A stretch of DNA of 64,000 bases, from assembly GCA_965218585.1 (NCBI GenBank), contig CBDCLE010000024.1:224001-288000 (forward strand), in the 5' to 3' direction. Position numbers and translations under genes: made by a program. Source of the stretch: Terriglobia bacterium (GTDB lineage Bacteria > Acidobacteriota > Terriglobia > 20CM-2-55-15). Below, one piece after another: positions 63,121 through 64,000 of this stretch (the stretch's first letter is position 1; each line of letters opens with the position of its first letter). Under the pieces are notes generated by a model, which saw only the letters and a list, made by a program, of their open reading frames with translations, made no database searches and had not been told where the DNA came from.

Positions 63121-64000
63121 AACCCGACCGCCACCACCATATCCGGGCGCATCCAGTTGGTCCAGTCCGACGGGACGCCTCTGGAAGTGGCCTGGGATGG
63201 TTTGACGGTCTCCGAGAACACGTATGAGATCGCACCCGACGGTGTGTTCCGGGCGACATTAACCCGGAGTGCGAGCGTAGCTGTAGGCTACGCCGTCCTG
63301 ACACCGGAAGTGGGAGTGACCCCTTCGGGCAGCGTCGTGTTTCAGCTCCTGAACGGCACACAGTTGGTGACCGAAGCTGGTGTGGGCGTGACCCGAGAAA
63401 CGACGACAGCACGGATCTCGCTCGACAACGTCGGACGCCAATCGGGAGTCGCGATTGCTAATCGAGGGGTCACGTCTGCCGACGTCGTATTCATTCTCCA
63501 GGACCGGTTCGGCGTCGAACAAGAGCGGGTTACGGTCACCATACCGGCCGGTGGTCATCTCGCACGAATGGCCCAGGAGTTATTTCCAACGCTCGAACTG
63601 GGTTTCAGCGGGTTGATGAAGATCCAGAGTCCGGTCCCCGTGGCATCGATCACACTGCAGTTGACTGTTAACACACGGGGCGAGCTGGTCATGACAACGC
63701 TCCCTGTGGCGGATCTCACCGACACCCCAACAGACTCGATGCTCGTGTTTCCGCACATTGTCATTGGCAGCGGGTTTGAGACACGCCTGGTGTTTGTGAA
63801 CGGAGATGCCGCAGGGGTGGGCCTCGAATTTTCTATTTCCGATGGTACGCCGATGACCGTACCGCTGGGAGCCGAGACCTCGAACCAGTTCGCTTTCGAC
63901 TTCGCTTCCAATGAAGGCCAACGGTTGTTTCCCGGAGACACAGCGACAGTTGCAACGCTTTCTCTGCGAGATCTGGTGACGAATCAAGCGACTGAGGAGG
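63121..64000 (+). CDS. 5'-truncated paralog of the giant surface protein's N-terminal module (runs off window end; not in the ORF track)
   Basis: NPTATTISGRIQLVQSDG..YEIAPDG..VGYAVL..QLVTEAGVG..GVAIAN..ELFP..GFSGLMKIQS..TTLPVADL..FPHIVIGSGF..GQRLFPGDTATV aligns colinearly with 56100-57000 (-). Confidence 0.85.

Overview
Bacterial genomic window, GC-rich and gene-dense. The gene repertoire suggests an Acidobacteriota-like MAG (inference from the Oar-type TonB receptor, acidobacterial-type PadR, DUF4159 and PufC-like cytochrome). Contents: (i) end of a nitrile hydratase operon and many exported hydrolases/redox proteins (1-20 kb, 40-50 kb); (ii) a dispersed sulfur-assimilation region (hemD-cysG; a ThrC-like PLP enzyme plus a MoaD/ThiS sulfur carrier; sulfite reductase plus an unknown partner; tauE-cysH-cysD-cysN); (iii) a surface locus with a ~2540-aa NHL/PPC-repeat protein divergent from a caspase-like/TPR protein and a TonB-dependent receptor that breaks into a paralog of the giant protein. 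The best-supported novelty is the leader of the ThrC-like/sulfur-carrier operon: a sigma70-like promoter followed by two near-identical SAM-II-like aptamers, each with its own intrinsic terminator. This implies SAM-controlled, carrier-mediated homocysteine synthesis rather than threonine synthesis. About 8 reading-frame breaks, mostly single-base indels in short homopolymers, look like long-read errors. There are also several recombination or IS scars and REP-like palindromes. No rRNA, intact tRNA, CRISPR array or transposase was seen. All family calls come from motif recognition only; no searches were run.
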